Numbered from the stretch's first letter, positions 43,565 to 54,153 are shown. The stretch: DNA of 64,000 nucleotides from an uncultured Clostridia bacterium (GCA_944349805.1 CALVNP010000055.1:1565-65564); one strand, 5' to 3'. Notes: generated from the sequence alone by a model not told the origin. A program made the numbers and translations.

Positions 43565-43945
43565 GTGTTAATGGTTATAATCTTAATTTTATTTGGTTTT
43601 TTGTCAGGAATTTTAGGTGGTATGGGAATGGGTGGGGGTACTGTGCTAATTCCATTATTGACTATATTTTTAAGTTTTAGTCAAAAGACGGCACAAGCAT
43701 TTAATTTGTTTTCATTTTTACTTATGTGCATATTTGCTTTGGTTATACATTTTAAAAATGGGCTTGTTGAGTTTAAAAAGGTAATACCAATAATTTTGAT
43801 TAGTCTGCCATTTAGCTTTGTTGGTTCGTACATTGCAATCTATATTGATGAAAAAATATTAAAAATTGCTTTTGGGGTGTTTTTATTGCTTATTTCTCTC
43901 ATTGAAATTGTAAAACTTTTTAAAAAAAATAAAATAAATAATTAG
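43565..43945 (+). CDS. TauE/SafE (TSUP) family transporter, half-size subunit 2
   Basis: 126 aa with 4 TM and the GILGGMGMGGGTVLIPLL motif. Confidence 0.7.
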   Translation: MLMVIILILFGFLSGILGGMGMGGGTVLIPLLTIFLSFSQKTAQAFNLFSFLLMCIFALVIHFKNGLVEFKKVIPIILISLPFSFVGSYIAIYIDEKILKIAFGVFLLLISLIEIVKLFKKNKINN

Positions 43946-43997
43946 TTTACAAAATTGCGAATGTGTGTTATCATTAGGTGTTTATAAGGAGAAAAAT

Positions 43998-44171
43998 ATG
44001 CCAGTAGATAAAAATAAATGTATAAGTTGTGGCTCTTGCGTTGGTATTTGTCCTGTTGGAGCAATAAGTTTTGGAGAAGATGGTAAAGCTGAAATTGATG
44101 AGTCTAAATGTATTAGATGTGGTTCTTGCGAAGCAACTTGTCCTGTTAGTGCAATTAAGATTAATTATTAA
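43998..44171 (+). CDS. 2x[4Fe-4S] ferredoxin
   Basis: Two CxxCxxCxxxCP motifs (CISCGSCVGICP and CIRCGSCEATCP). ATG 43998 sits behind RBS AAGGAG. Confidence 0.9.
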   Translation: MPVDKNKCISCGSCVGICPVGAISFGEDGKAEIDESKCIRCGSCEATCPVSAIKINY

Positions 44172-44183
44172 GGGTGTGAAGAT

Positions 44184-45692
44184 TTGGAAAAATTAGGTTT
44201 AGTATATATAAGTGAAAGTATTCATAGGTTAGTTCTTTTAGAGTTGGAAGGCACTTACTTTAATGTTTTTGAAGACATATCAGAAAGTATAAAACTCAAT
44301 GAAGATATATTATCAAACGGAATGATTAAAGCTAATAAAGTTAAAGATAGCTTAAATGTCCTTAAAATGTTTAGAAAAATATGTGATAATAATGAAATTA
44401 CAAAAATAACTTCAATTGCTTCAAGTTTTATATTATCGTCAAAAAATCAAAAGAGTTATTTTGAAGAAATTTACAATAACACAGGATTTAATTTTTTAAT
44501 TATGCAATCAGAAGATGAGACGAAAATGATTTATTCTGGTGTTATTAACTCAATTGATGTACCAAAAGGATTGATAGTCAATGTTGGACAAAATGAAACA
44601 AATTTAATCTCATATAATAGAAGGAATATCAATTTTTCACTTTCTTTACCTTTTGGGTCTCAAAATTTGAGCTGTATAGTAGATGTTGAACCTACATCAA
44701 GAGAAGCTGTATCCAAAATTTTAGCTTATGTAAAAAAAGAGCTTGATAAAAAGGATATTCTTTCAAATATAGAACCAGAAACATCATTTGTTGGTGCAGG
44801 AGAACTTTTTGCAACACTCGGAAAGCTTGCTAGAAAAAGTACACATTATTCACTTGAAATAGAAAACAATTATATCTTAGATACTTCTGTATTTGAAAAA
44901 GTATTTGGAGTTGTTAAGGATTTGGGTTTAGATAAGACAAAAAGGTTAAAAGGCATTTCTGAAGACAGTGTGGATTCTTTGCTTTGTGGTTTTTGCATTG
45001 TGAAAGCAATTATAGATTTTTTAAGTGTTGAACAATTAACCATTGCAGGTGATAGATTGCGTGAAGGTTTAATATATAGTTATATAGCTGTTGAAGCTAA
45101 CGATAAACCTTTTAGTGATATGTTGGGATACAGCTTAGAAAATATCAGAACTTTTAGTGATATTAAGTATTCTAACTCTGCCCATGTTTATAATTTAGCA
45201 ATAATTCTGTTCAAGCAATTGAAAGTTATACACAAACTTCCAAGAGTGTATGTAAAAGCATTAAGAATTGCAGCATCAATGTACGATTGTGGTAAAAGAA
45301 TATGTTTTGATAATCACGAAAAATATGGTTTTAATGTGATATTAAATTCTGCACTTAATGGAGTTTCTCATAAAGATGTTTTGCTGGCGGCGTTTACTTG
45401 TGTTTGTCAAAATCCAGATAATTTAAATTTATCAGATTGGATAAAATATAAGGATATATTAACAGAAGAAGATATTGAAGCTGTAAAGAAAATGGGTGTT
45501 ATTATAAAGCTTGCTGATCAGCTTGATAAGTCTAAAAGAGGTAATGTAACTGATATTTGTTGTGACATTTTAGGCGATTCAGTAATTTTGAAAACAGTAG
45601 TAAAAGGAAATGCTGATTTTGAAATTATGGAGGGAATGAAATTAGGTTCAACATTTAAAAAAGTATTTAAAAAGTATTTAGAAATAATTTAG
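44184..45692 (+). CDS. Ppx/GppA-family protein with degenerate phosphate-binding loops, plus a C-terminal HD-like domain
   Basis: Overall layout and length match Ppx/GppA. However, the canonical DIGSNS and DIGGGSTE loops read YISESI and NVGQNET. Confidence 0.5.
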   Translation: MEKLGLVYISESIHRLVLLELEGTYFNVFEDISESIKLNEDILSNGMIKANKVKDSLNVLKMFRKICDNNEITKITSIASSFILSSKNQKSYFEEIYNNTGFNFLIMQSEDETKMIYSGVINSIDVPKGLIVNVGQNETNLISYNRRNINFSLSLPFGSQNLSCIVDVEPTSREAVSKILAYVKKELDKKDILSNIEPETSFVGAGELFATLGKLARKSTHYSLEIENNYILDTSVFEKVFGVVKDLGLDKTKRLKGISEDSVDSLLCGFCIVKAIIDFLSVEQLTIAGDRLREGLIYSYIAVEANDKPFSDMLGYSLENIRTFSDIKYSNSAHVYNLAIILFKQLKVIHKLPRVYVKALRIAASMYDCGKRICFDNHEKYGFNVILNSALNGVSHKDVLLAAFTCVCQNPDNLNLSDWIKYKDILTEEDIEAVKKMGVIIKLADQLDKSKRGNVTDICCDILGDSVILKTVVKGNADFEIMEGMKLGSTFKKVFKKYLEII

Positions 45693-45701
45693 GGAGGATT
45701 T

Positions 45702-46787
45702 ATGAAAAATAAAGTATTTTTATTAAGTTTTGTGTTCTTATTTAGCATAATTTCTCTTGCAGGTTGTTCTCTTACTTTTGATTTTGGTGGTGGAAAAACT
45801 ATAACCAATACAGAACCTTTGGTAGTTGAAACAGGAGCAACCCCATCCGATATTATAAATGAGTATTTAGATGCAACTGTAACTGTATTCAATGTTGACA
45901 AGTCTGGAAATTCTATTAGCTTTGGTAGTGGTATAGCAGTACATTCAGGTGGGTATATTGCAACCAATTATCACGTAATAAGTTATACTGTTGCATCGCC
46001 AACTATGTATTCATTAAAAGTGTATTTAAATAATGGCGAAGTTGGTTATGATGCTGATATTTTATGGTATAATCAGCAATTAGATCTTGCAATTATTAGA
46101 TGCGATTATTTTGATATACCATTTGTAAAAATGGCTGATAGGTGGGTAGACACATACAATAGATTAATCGTTTTAGAAGAAGTAATAACATTGGGTACTC
46201 CAATAGATTTTAGTTTGCAAAACACTGCATCACTTGGTTATATCAGTAGTACGGAATATAGATACGCAACAAATAGTGGAAATGTTTATGAAGATTTAAT
46301 ACAACACTCTGCTCCAATAAGTAATGGTAATAGTGGTGGGCCATTATTTGATATGCAAGGGAATTTAATAGGTTTGAACACATTAGGAGTTTCAGATAGT
46401 AATGGAAATGATGCAAATAGTTTATTTTTCGCAGTTCCAATTTATCCTATAATGCTTGTAATAGATAGAGTTGTTGACGGTAATTATCAAACTTCAAGTT
46501 TTGGTATCTCAGGGTATGACAGCATTGAAGCAAAACAAAGTGGAATTACAACATTCACAGAATCTGGGGTAAAGGTTGTAAGTGTGGACTCTTCATCTTG
46601 TTCATATAATAAATTGACGGTTGGAGATGTTATTAAGTCTGTTAAATGTGCAGATGGTAAGATTTTTGAAATTGATAGTAGAAATGATTTAATTTATGCA
46701 AAATTATATTCAAATGTCGGAGAGACTGTTGAAGTTACTTATACCAGAAACAATGTTACAAATAGTGTAAACATAACTTTAGATTAG
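45702..46787 (+). CDS. Trypsin-like serine protease (HtrA/S1C-like) lipoprotein with a C-terminal PDZ-like domain
   Basis: Lipobox SLAGCS. The catalytic triad contexts are TNYHVI, DLAIIRC and SNGNSGGPLFD. Confidence 0.8.
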   Translation: MKNKVFLLSFVFLFSIISLAGCSLTFDFGGGKTITNTEPLVVETGATPSDIINEYLDATVTVFNVDKSGNSISFGSGIAVHSGGYIATNYHVISYTVASPTMYSLKVYLNNGEVGYDADILWYNQQLDLAIIRCDYFDIPFVKMADRWVDTYNRLIVLEEVITLGTPIDFSLQNTASLGYISSTEYRYATNSGNVYEDLIQHSAPISNGNSGGPLFDMQGNLIGLNTLGVSDSNGNDANSLFFAVPIYPIMLVIDRVVDGNYQTSSFGISGYDSIEAKQSGITTFTESGVKVVSVDSSSCSYNKLTVGDVIKSVKCADGKIFEIDSRNDLIYAKLYSNVGETVEVTYTRNNVTNSVNITLD

Positions 46788-46795
46788 GAGGAAAA

Positions 46796-47803
46796 ATGAA
46801 AACCATCTTAGCAATTGATATGGGAAATTCCTATATTTCTATTTTCAAAAAAAATTTTGGTATTGTACTCAAAGAACCAAATTTAATTGCTGTAAGTGGT
46901 TCAAACTCTAATTATAAAATTATTGCGTATGGTAATGAAGCAAAAAAACTGCAAGGTAAAACTTCTGAAAATATCGTCATATTTACACCAATTTCAGAAG
47001 GAGAAGTAAAGAGTAAAGAGTATTTAAGTTCACTTTTAAAACATTTCTTAGATAAATTAAATATTTCAAAATTTAGCAAAATAAAGGCGCTTGTAACAAT
47101 TCCTTGTGGTATAACTGATGAAGCTAAGGAAGCATATAGAAAAGCTTGCTTTATGGCAGGAATTGATGAAGTAAATTTGTTGCCTTCAGTGATTGCTGGC
47201 GCTATTGGGTCGGGGAAAAATATAAAAGGTGAAGAAACAACATTTATTGCATCATTAGGTGGTGGAGTTACTGATGTTGCTGTCATTAATTTGAACTCTA
47301 TTTTAAAAGGAGGCACACTTGCAGTTGGTGGTAGGGCTCTTGATATTTCAATTGCAAGTGCAATAGCAGATAGAAGTAAAGTGTTGATAGGAGTAGCATC
47401 AGCTGAAAAAGTCAAAGAAGAAATTGGTAGTTTGTTTGAAAATGACACTTTAAATATTGAAATTTCAGGAAACAATTTAACTTCCAAAATGCCAGAAAAT
47501 GTAATTATATTCTCAAAAGATATAAGAGATAAAGTTGCAGAATATGTAGATAATTTTTTAAAGTTAATTGAAACGACTTTAAATTTATGTCCCCCTGAAA
47601 TTTCTTCTGATATAGCTCAAAATGGCTTAATTTTAATAGGTGGTGGCGCAAAACTTGTTGGTTTGTCAGAGTACATATCAAAGGTAATAAAAATGCCTTG
47701 TACGGTATCAGATAGCCCTGAAAATGCAACAATATTAGGTGCAGGTAAACTTTTGTCAGATGAACAAAATTTAAATACAATACTAAATAATGTTGGGAGC
47801 TAA
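46796..47803 (+). CDS. Divergent MreB/Mbl-like actin-family ATPase
   Basis: AIDMGNSYISIF, LKEPNLIAV, IASLGGGVTDVAVI and ILIGGGAKLVGL align with the MreB phosphate and adenosine motifs, but the sequence is strongly diverged. Confidence 0.65.
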   Translation: MKTILAIDMGNSYISIFKKNFGIVLKEPNLIAVSGSNSNYKIIAYGNEAKKLQGKTSENIVIFTPISEGEVKSKEYLSSLLKHFLDKLNISKFSKIKALVTIPCGITDEAKEAYRKACFMAGIDEVNLLPSVIAGAIGSGKNIKGEETTFIASLGGGVTDVAVINLNSILKGGTLAVGGRALDISIASAIADRSKVLIGVASAEKVKEEIGSLFENDTLNIEISGNNLTSKMPENVIIFSKDIRDKVAEYVDNFLKLIETTLNLCPPEISSDIAQNGLILIGGGAKLVGLSEYISKVIKMPCTVSDSPENATILGAGKLLSDEQNLNTILNNVGS

Positions 47804-47806
47804 AAT

Positions 47807-50008
47807 TTGTACGCAGAGGTTATAGTTGATTTATTAAATTCAGAAACAGATAAGGTATTTGATTACATAATACCTGACAATCTAAACATAAAGGAAGGCA
47901 CAAGGGTTCTTGTGCCTTTTGGTAATAGAAAAATAGAAGGGTATGTTATAAAAATAAAAAATCAAACAGAATTAAGTTTAAACAAGCTTAAACCAATTAT
48001 AAAAGTGTTAGACGATTTTGTAGCAATTATTCCAGAAATGTTGACATTAAAAGATTATATGGTTGAAAAATATAATTTAAGGTTAGCAGACACACTTAGA
48101 TTATTTATACCATCTGAAATGAGGGGAAGTAAAGTAAGACCTATCATAAAAACATACTGCGAACTGAATTTAGGTAATAATTTGGAAAATATCATAAACA
48201 AACTGCCTAAAAATGCAAAACGACAAATTGAGCTTTTATCATTTTTAACTAAATCAGGGAAAACAGAGATTTCAATACTTAACAATAAGTTTGGGTCAAA
48301 TAATGTTAAAAAGTTTATTAGTTTAAAATATATTCTTGAAACAAAGGAAGAAGTTGAAAGGTCTCCAGATTATGTGGGTGAAAAACAAACAATTTTAAAA
48401 CATACAAAAGAACAAGAAAGAGCAATTGATAACATAATATTAAACAAATATGAAAAATATCTATTGCACGGGGTGACGGGCAGTGGTAAAACAGAAGTTT
48501 ATATGACTATCATTGAAAATGTTTTAAAATTAAATAAATCTGCAATTATGCTTGTTCCTGAAATATCTTTAACTCCACAAATAATGCACAATTTTAAAAG
48601 CAGATTCGGAGAAAATGTTGCTTTATTACATAGTGGACTTTCAGCTGGAGAAAGATTTGATGAATGGCGAAGAGTTAGGAGTGGAAAAGCAAGGGTTGTG
48701 GTTGGTGCAAGATCTGCAATATTTGCTCCAATAGAAAATGTGGGCGTAATAATAATTGATGAAGAACACGACTCTTCATACAGTAGTGAATCAAATCCAA
48801 GATATAAAACTCAGGAAATTGCAGATTTTAGAGCTAAATACAATAATTGCCCGTTAATTTTGGGAAGTGCAACACCTAGTATTAATTCCTATTATCAAGC
48901 TGAGAAAGGCAATTATAAACTTCTGGAATTGCCAACAAGAGCAAACGGAAAAGAAATGCCCAAAATTCAAATTGTGGATATGTTAAGTGAAATACGAAAT
49001 GGGAATATGGGTATTTTTTCCAATGTATTAAAAAACGAACTTTATGATTGTATAAATGAAAAAAAACAAGCAATGTTGTTTTTGAATCGTAGAGGTTATG
49101 CATCATTTATGATGTGTAGAAATTGTGGTTATGTTGCAAAATGTTCAGATTGTGATGTTTCTCTTGTGTACCATAAGTATGAAGATAGGTTAAAGTGTCA
49201 TTATTGTGGTAAACGATTTAAGGCATTGACAAAATGTCCTCAATGTGGTAGTTCTGAAATAAAGCAAGGAGCAATTGGTACACAAAAAGTTGTAGATGAA
49301 TTAAGGAGTATGTTTCCAAGTGTAAATATTTTAAGAATGGATAACGATACAACAAAAAATAAAAATGCTCATCAAAAAATTTTGGAGGAATTTTCATCAT
49401 CACATCCTGGAATTTTGGTTGGAACACAAATGATAGCAAAGGGTCACGATTTCCCAGATGTTACACTTGTTGGAATTATAGATGCTGACCAAAGTTTGTA
49501 TCAATCTGATTATAGAAGTCCAGAAAGAGCTTTTGCTCTTATAACACAGGTAAGTGGGCGAGCTGGTAGAAAGGATTTAGAAGGGAAGGTTATATTGCAA
49601 ACATATAATCCTAAACATTACGTATATAAGTTTGCTTCAAATTATAATTACAAAGCTTTTTATGAAAAAGAAATTAATTTAAGAGAAACTACAAAATTTC
49701 CACCATTTACAACTATTGTAAGAATATTAGTAAGTAGTGAAAATGAAGATTTGACTAAAAATGTTATAAGGAAAATATATAATGAACTAGCAGATATTTA
49801 CAATAGTAATAAAGAAAGTTTCTATTATTTTAATGCGATGAAATCACCTGTTGGGCGAATTAAAAATAAAATTAGATATCAAATTTTAATGAGATTTACA
49901 AAAAGTATAGAAGGTGATATAATGAAGAAGATTTATGCTATTACTGATAGTGAAAAGTGTGCAAAAGTAAGCATTTTTGTTGAAATTGACCCACAAAATT
50001 TAAGTTAG
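47807..50008 (+). CDS. priA: Primosomal protein N' (PriA helicase)
   Basis: Walker A GVTGSGKTE, a DEEHD box, and the Cys-rich zinc insertion CRNCGY..KCSDCD...CHYCG...CPQCGS. Confidence 0.95.
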   Translation: MYAEVIVDLLNSETDKVFDYIIPDNLNIKEGTRVLVPFGNRKIEGYVIKIKNQTELSLNKLKPIIKVLDDFVAIIPEMLTLKDYMVEKYNLRLADTLRLFIPSEMRGSKVRPIIKTYCELNLGNNLENIINKLPKNAKRQIELLSFLTKSGKTEISILNNKFGSNNVKKFISLKYILETKEEVERSPDYVGEKQTILKHTKEQERAIDNIILNKYEKYLLHGVTGSGKTEVYMTIIENVLKLNKSAIMLVPEISLTPQIMHNFKSRFGENVALLHSGLSAGERFDEWRRVRSGKARVVVGARSAIFAPIENVGVIIIDEEHDSSYSSESNPRYKTQEIADFRAKYNNCPLILGSATPSINSYYQAEKGNYKLLELPTRANGKEMPKIQIVDMLSEIRNGNMGIFSNVLKNELYDCINEKKQAMLFLNRRGYASFMMCRNCGYVAKCSDCDVSLVYHKYEDRLKCHYCGKRFKALTKCPQCGSSEIKQGAIGTQKVVDELRSMFPSVNILRMDNDTTKNKNAHQKILEEFSSSHPGILVGTQMIAKGHDFPDVTLVGIIDADQSLYQSDYRSPERAFALITQVSGRAGRKDLEGKVILQTYNPKHYVYKFASNYNYKAFYEKEINLRETTKFPPFTTIVRILVSSENEDLTKNVIRKIYNELADIYNSNKESFYYFNAMKSPVGRIKNKIRYQILMRFTKSIEGDIMKKIYAITDSEKCAKVSIFVEIDPQNLS

Positions 50009-50019
50009 GAGTGTTGTAT

Positions 50020-50472
50020 ATGGCGACAAGAAATGTGATTAAAATAGGAGATGAAATTTTAAGAAAGGTTTCAAAACCCGTAAAAAATTTTGATGAAGGT
50101 CTTTGGGAGCTTCTAGATGATATGAGAGAGACTATGTATAAGAATGATGGGGCTGGCTTAGCTGCTGTTCAAGTTGGTGTGCTAAAACGAGCTATCGTTA
50201 TGGAAATTAATAATATGTATTTTGAATTGATAAATCCTGAAATTGTACAAGAAGAAGGTGAAGAAATTGCAAAAGAAGGGTGTTTAAGTGTCGGTGGTGT
50301 TCAAGAGTACGTAAAAAGACCACATAAAGTTACAGTTAAGGCAAAAGACAGGTTTGGGTACGATATTGAAATAACAGGTGAAGGTTATCTAGCAAGATGT
50401 ATTTGTCACGAAACAGATCATTTGAATGGAATCTTATTTGTTGATAAAATTGAAAAAGGATATAAGGAATAA
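50020..50472 (+). CDS. def: Peptide deformylase
   Basis: GAGLAAVQVG, EGCLS and HETDHLNG motifs. ATG 50020 lies 8 nt after RBS AGGAG. Confidence 0.95.
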   Translation: MATRNVIKIGDEILRKVSKPVKNFDEGLWELLDDMRETMYKNDGAGLAAVQVGVLKRAIVMEINNMYFELINPEIVQEEGEEIAKEGCLSVGGVQEYVKRPHKVTVKAKDRFGYDIEITGEGYLARCICHETDHLNGILFVDKIEKGYKE

Positions 50473-51377
50473 TGAAAATTGTTTTTTTAGGGAGTTCAAA
50501 TTTTTCCCTTCAATGTTTAAAAGCATTATTAAATGCTAATTATGAAGTTATAGCAGTTGTGTGTCAACCAGACAAGCCTAGTGGAAGAGGGAATAAAACT
50601 ATGCCTTCGGAAATTAAAAACTATGCAATAAGCAACAACATACCTGTTTTTCAATTTAATAAAATTAGGGTTGATGGAGTTGAGACATTAAAATCTTTAA
50701 AACCTGATATTATTGTTGTTGCATCGTATGGTCAAATTTTAAGTCAGGAAATATTAGATATTGCATTGCCAATTAATGTTCACGGTTCCCTGTTGCCCAA
50801 ATATAGAGGGGCAACTCCGATTCAAACTGCATTATTAAATGGAGATAAAGAAACGGGAATTACAATAATGAAGATGGAATACGAGGTTGATTCTGGCGAT
50901 ATTATTTTGCAAAAAGGTATATGTATTGAAGATGATGACAATGCAGAAACACTATTTGAAAAAATGGGTACGCTGGGTGGAGAACTTTTAGTTGAAGCGC
51001 TAAGATTGATAGAAGAAAATAAAGCACATTTTGTACCACAAAAATCCGAGTATGCAACTTTTACTAAGCTGATAAAAAAGGAAGATGCAGAAATAAACTT
51101 TAATGAAGATGCAGAGACAATTGTAAATAAGGTAAGGGCATATTACAAAAACCCAACTGCGTATTTTGTAAGAGATGGAGAAAAATTTAAAGTTTATAAA
51201 GCTTGTAAAAGGGAAAATTTAACTAAACTTTTAAGTGGGGAAGTTGTGTGTGCAAACAGTAAAGAAGGACTTGTTATTAAGTGTTTAAATGGAGCTGTTG
51301 AAATTTTAGAAATTCAAGCACCTAATGGGAAAAGAATGAATGCGAAAGCTTTTTTAAATGGAAGAAAATTTGCGTAG
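50472..51377 (+). CDS. fmt: Methionyl-tRNA formyltransferase
   Basis: INVHGSLLPKYRGATPIQ motif. The ATGA overlap with def gives def-fmt synteny. Confidence 0.95.
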   Translation: MKIVFLGSSNFSLQCLKALLNANYEVIAVVCQPDKPSGRGNKTMPSEIKNYAISNNIPVFQFNKIRVDGVETLKSLKPDIIVVASYGQILSQEILDIALPINVHGSLLPKYRGATPIQTALLNGDKETGITIMKMEYEVDSGDIILQKGICIEDDDNAETLFEKMGTLGGELLVEALRLIEENKAHFVPQKSEYATFTKLIKKEDAEINFNEDAETIVNKVRAYYKNPTAYFVRDGEKFKVYKACKRENLTKLLSGEVVCANSKEGLVIKCLNGAVEILEIQAPNGKRMNAKAFLNGRKFA

Positions 51378-51432
51378 TACACAAAATATAGTATTATGCT
51401 AATAATATATATACAATATATAAAAGGTAATA

Positions 51433-52290
51433 ATGAAAAAGGGAATTGTTATAAAAAAACTTGCTGATAAATTTTGGGTTAAAAGTGATAATCTCACTTA
51501 TGTTTGTGCATCTAAAAAAAATTTAAAAACGATGGGCTTGTATGTTGGTGACTATGTATGTTTTGATGAATTTCAAAATCAAGTTTTGAGTATTGAAAAA
51601 AGAAGTTCTTTACTTATAAGACCTCCGATTGCTAATATTGATCAACTTTTAATTGTTGTTGCTCCTATTCCAAAACCTGATTTGCTTTTGGTTGATAAAT
51701 TGATTTTGTTTGCTTTTACGAACAATATCGAACCAATATTATGCATAAATAAAAACGATATTGTACAAGAATCTTTTGTTGATGATTTTACTTCTGCCTA
51801 TAAAAATGTTGTAAATATTATAAATATTTCTGCTCACAAAAATATAGATGAATTGTTAAAAATTTTAAAAGGAAAAGTCTCTGCTTTTGCTGGTCAATCT
51901 GCTGTTGGAAAATCTTCATTGACTAATGCAATTTTACCTGATTTATGTTTGGAAGTTGGAGATATTTCAAAAATTGAAAGGGGTAGGAATACAACAAGAC
52001 ATACGCAGTTGTATGAAATTGATGATAATAGTTTTATTGCCGATACATCAGGGTTTAATTCTCTTGATGAAAAGTATCTCACAATTAATTATGAAGAGCT
52101 TGATAAATACTATCCAGATTTTATCAAATACATATCTGGTTGTAAATTCAGGTCTTGTAATCATATAAACGAAACAAATTGTTGTGTTAAAACTGCCGTA
52201 AAAAATGGCGAAATTGATTTAGGTAGATACAACAGATACAAAATAATTTATGAAAATTTAAAAAAGGAATGGGAAAGAAAATATGATTAA
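51433..52290 (+). CDS. rsgA: Ribosome small-subunit-dependent GTPase A (RsgA/CpgA)
   Basis: Circularly permuted GTPase with NKND before GQSAVGKSSL, RGRNTTRH, DTSGF, and the C-terminal zinc knuckle CKFRSCNHINETNC. Confidence 0.92.
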   Translation: MKKGIVIKKLADKFWVKSDNLTYVCASKKNLKTMGLYVGDYVCFDEFQNQVLSIEKRSSLLIRPPIANIDQLLIVVAPIPKPDLLLVDKLILFAFTNNIEPILCINKNDIVQESFVDDFTSAYKNVVNIINISAHKNIDELLKILKGKVSAFAGQSAVGKSSLTNAILPDLCLEVGDISKIERGRNTTRHTQLYEIDDNSFIADTSGFNSLDEKYLTINYEELDKYYPDFIKYISGCKFRSCNHINETNCCVKTAVKNGEIDLGRYNRYKIIYENLKKEWERKYD

Positions 52291-52924
52291 AATAGCACCA
52301 TCTACTGACCCTGCCAAATCTTATGATGAACTTTTAGAATATATAAACGAAATAAAAGGCTATGCTCATTTTTTACACATTGATGTTATGAATAAAAATT
52401 TTGTCGGCAAGACTAATTTTGATGAAACATTTGTAAAAAAAATAAATGAACATACTATAATGATGTTAGATGTCCATTTAATGATTAAAAAGCCTGATGT
52501 TTTAAAATATATAAATGCTGGGGCAAATGTTGTTACAATTCATTATGAAGCATTTGATAATAAAAAAGACCTTATAAAAGCATTAAGAACAATAAATGCC
52601 AATAAAACATTAGTTGGTTTAAGTTTAAATCCAGAGACTGAAATTTCATTGTTAAAGCCATTTTTAAAATATTGTAATATCATTCTTTTAATGACTGTCG
52701 AACCTGGAAAAAGTGGACAAAAATTTATGGACAATGGTATTTCTAGATTGCAAGAATTGAAAAAATTAATAGGGAATCGCAATATTCAAATAGAAGTTGA
52801 TGGGGGAATTAATCCAGATAATGCTAAGCTTTTAAAGGACAATGGGGCAAACATATTAGTAAGTGGGAGCTATATTTTTTCGAGTAAAGATAGAGTAAAA
52901 GCTATTAAAGAACTAATTGAGTAA
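52283..52924 (+). CDS. rpe: Ribulose-phosphate 3-epimerase
   Basis: HIDVMN, DVHLM, MTVEPG..GQKF and VDGGIN motifs, with rsgA-rpe synteny. Confidence 0.9.
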   Translation: MIKIAPSTDPAKSYDELLEYINEIKGYAHFLHIDVMNKNFVGKTNFDETFVKKINEHTIMMLDVHLMIKKPDVLKYINAGANVVTIHYEAFDNKKDLIKALRTINANKTLVGLSLNPETEISLLKPFLKYCNIILLMTVEPGKSGQKFMDNGISRLQELKKLIGNRNIQIEVDGGINPDNAKLLKDNGANILVSGSYIFSSKDRVKAIKELIE

Positions 52925-52959
52925 TGTTTGAAATATAAAATTTTGTCAAAACTTACTAT

Positions 52960-53451
52960 ATGATTAAAAAATTAATTATAATATTGTTAATATGTAATGT
53001 TTTAATATTATCGTCTTGTTATACTGACAATACATTGCAAGCAGTTTATTTTAAAAATTTAACTACTGCTGGTTCTGAAAATTATACAATTTCAGTTAAT
53101 AAATTAAACGATAGTTCATTAAAAGATTTGTATGTAGATATACTATTAAAGGTCGATACTGACAATTTAGATTTTAACTTGTCGCTTGAAAACAATGAAC
53201 CATTTAAACTTTATATTTCTAAAAGTTACGAATATGTTTCTCTGACAAATCTTATAAATACTCAAACAGATTACAATATAAATTTTGAAACATTTAACAG
53301 TTTTAAAAATAAAACTTTTATTTTAAATTCCAATCAAGATGTAACATTTACTTTTAAAGCTGTTGCTGGAAAAGTGAGTGAAAATGCCTTTAAGGAACAA
53401 AATGCAATATCAAGCGAATTCAAAATTAGTGTGAAAAAGACAATAAAATAA
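52960..53451 (+). CDS. Small lipoprotein, unknown function
   Basis: Signal peptide with lipobox ILSSC. 163 aa. Confidence 0.5.
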   Translation: MIKKLIIILLICNVLILSSCYTDNTLQAVYFKNLTTAGSENYTISVNKLNDSSLKDLYVDILLKVDTDNLDFNLSLENNEPFKLYISKSYEYVSLTNLINTQTDYNINFETFNSFKNKTFILNSNQDVTFTFKAVAGKVSENAFKEQNAISSEFKISVKKTIK

Positions 53452-53500
53452 TTGCAATTTGGTTCTTCAAAATGATATACTTTAAACCGAAGAGGTAAAT

Positions 53501-54142
53501 ATGATTTTAGTAAAAAACTTATATTTAAAGTATATAAGAGAGTATTTTGCGCTATATGATATTAATGTAAAGATAGACGATGGAGAAAAAGTGGCACTTT
53601 TGGGCGAAGAACATAGTGGTAAAACAAGTTTTCTGAGAATATTGGCTAAGTTGGAAAAACCATCTAAAGGGGAAGTTTATATAAAGGACATACCAATAAA
53701 AAAATTAAACTATAAGTTTGACCTTAATGCTGGTTATATTCCTGCTAGTCCTGTTTTTTTTGATAAGAAAACTCTATATGAAAATTTTAAATATATACTA
53801 AAATATCAAAAGCTCAACGAAGCCGAATTAGAGAACAAAATTAATGAAGCATTAATTAATTTTAACATTGAAACATTAAAAGATACTAAAATTAAAGATT
53901 TGACACTTTTTGAAAAATATTTAATATCTATCGTAAGGTTATCTTTTAGAAATCTTGATTTGTTGATGATTGACAATATTTTTGATAATTTAACCGACGA
54001 AGAAAATGAAAAAATTATTTCCATTATAAAGGATAAATTTTATGATAAAAAGTTGACACTTTTGGTTGCAACAACTTCTCAAAAAATAGCTGAACAGCTT
54101 TCAACCAGAATTATACACTTTTCAAATGGGTCAATTGTTTAA
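53501..54142 (+). CDS. ABC-type ATPase-like protein with degenerate catalytic motifs
   Basis: Walker A is GEEHSGKTS. The position of the LSGGQ signature reads LTLFEK. Walker B/catalytic Glu reads LLMIDNIF. No permease gene is adjacent. Confidence 0.6.
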   Translation: MILVKNLYLKYIREYFALYDINVKIDDGEKVALLGEEHSGKTSFLRILAKLEKPSKGEVYIKDIPIKKLNYKFDLNAGYIPASPVFFDKKTLYENFKYILKYQKLNEAELENKINEALINFNIETLKDTKIKDLTLFEKYLISIVRLSFRNLDLLMIDNIFDNLTDEENEKIISIIKDKFYDKKLTLLVATTSQKIAEQLSTRIIHFSNGSIV

Positions 54143-54153
54143 AGGGATAAAAT

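Noticed and set aside
46912-47487. 191-aa minus-strand ORF
   Set aside because: It is antisense to the MreB-like gene. Its composition (Ser/Pro/Ile-rich) is typical of a shadow frame, and it has no RBS.
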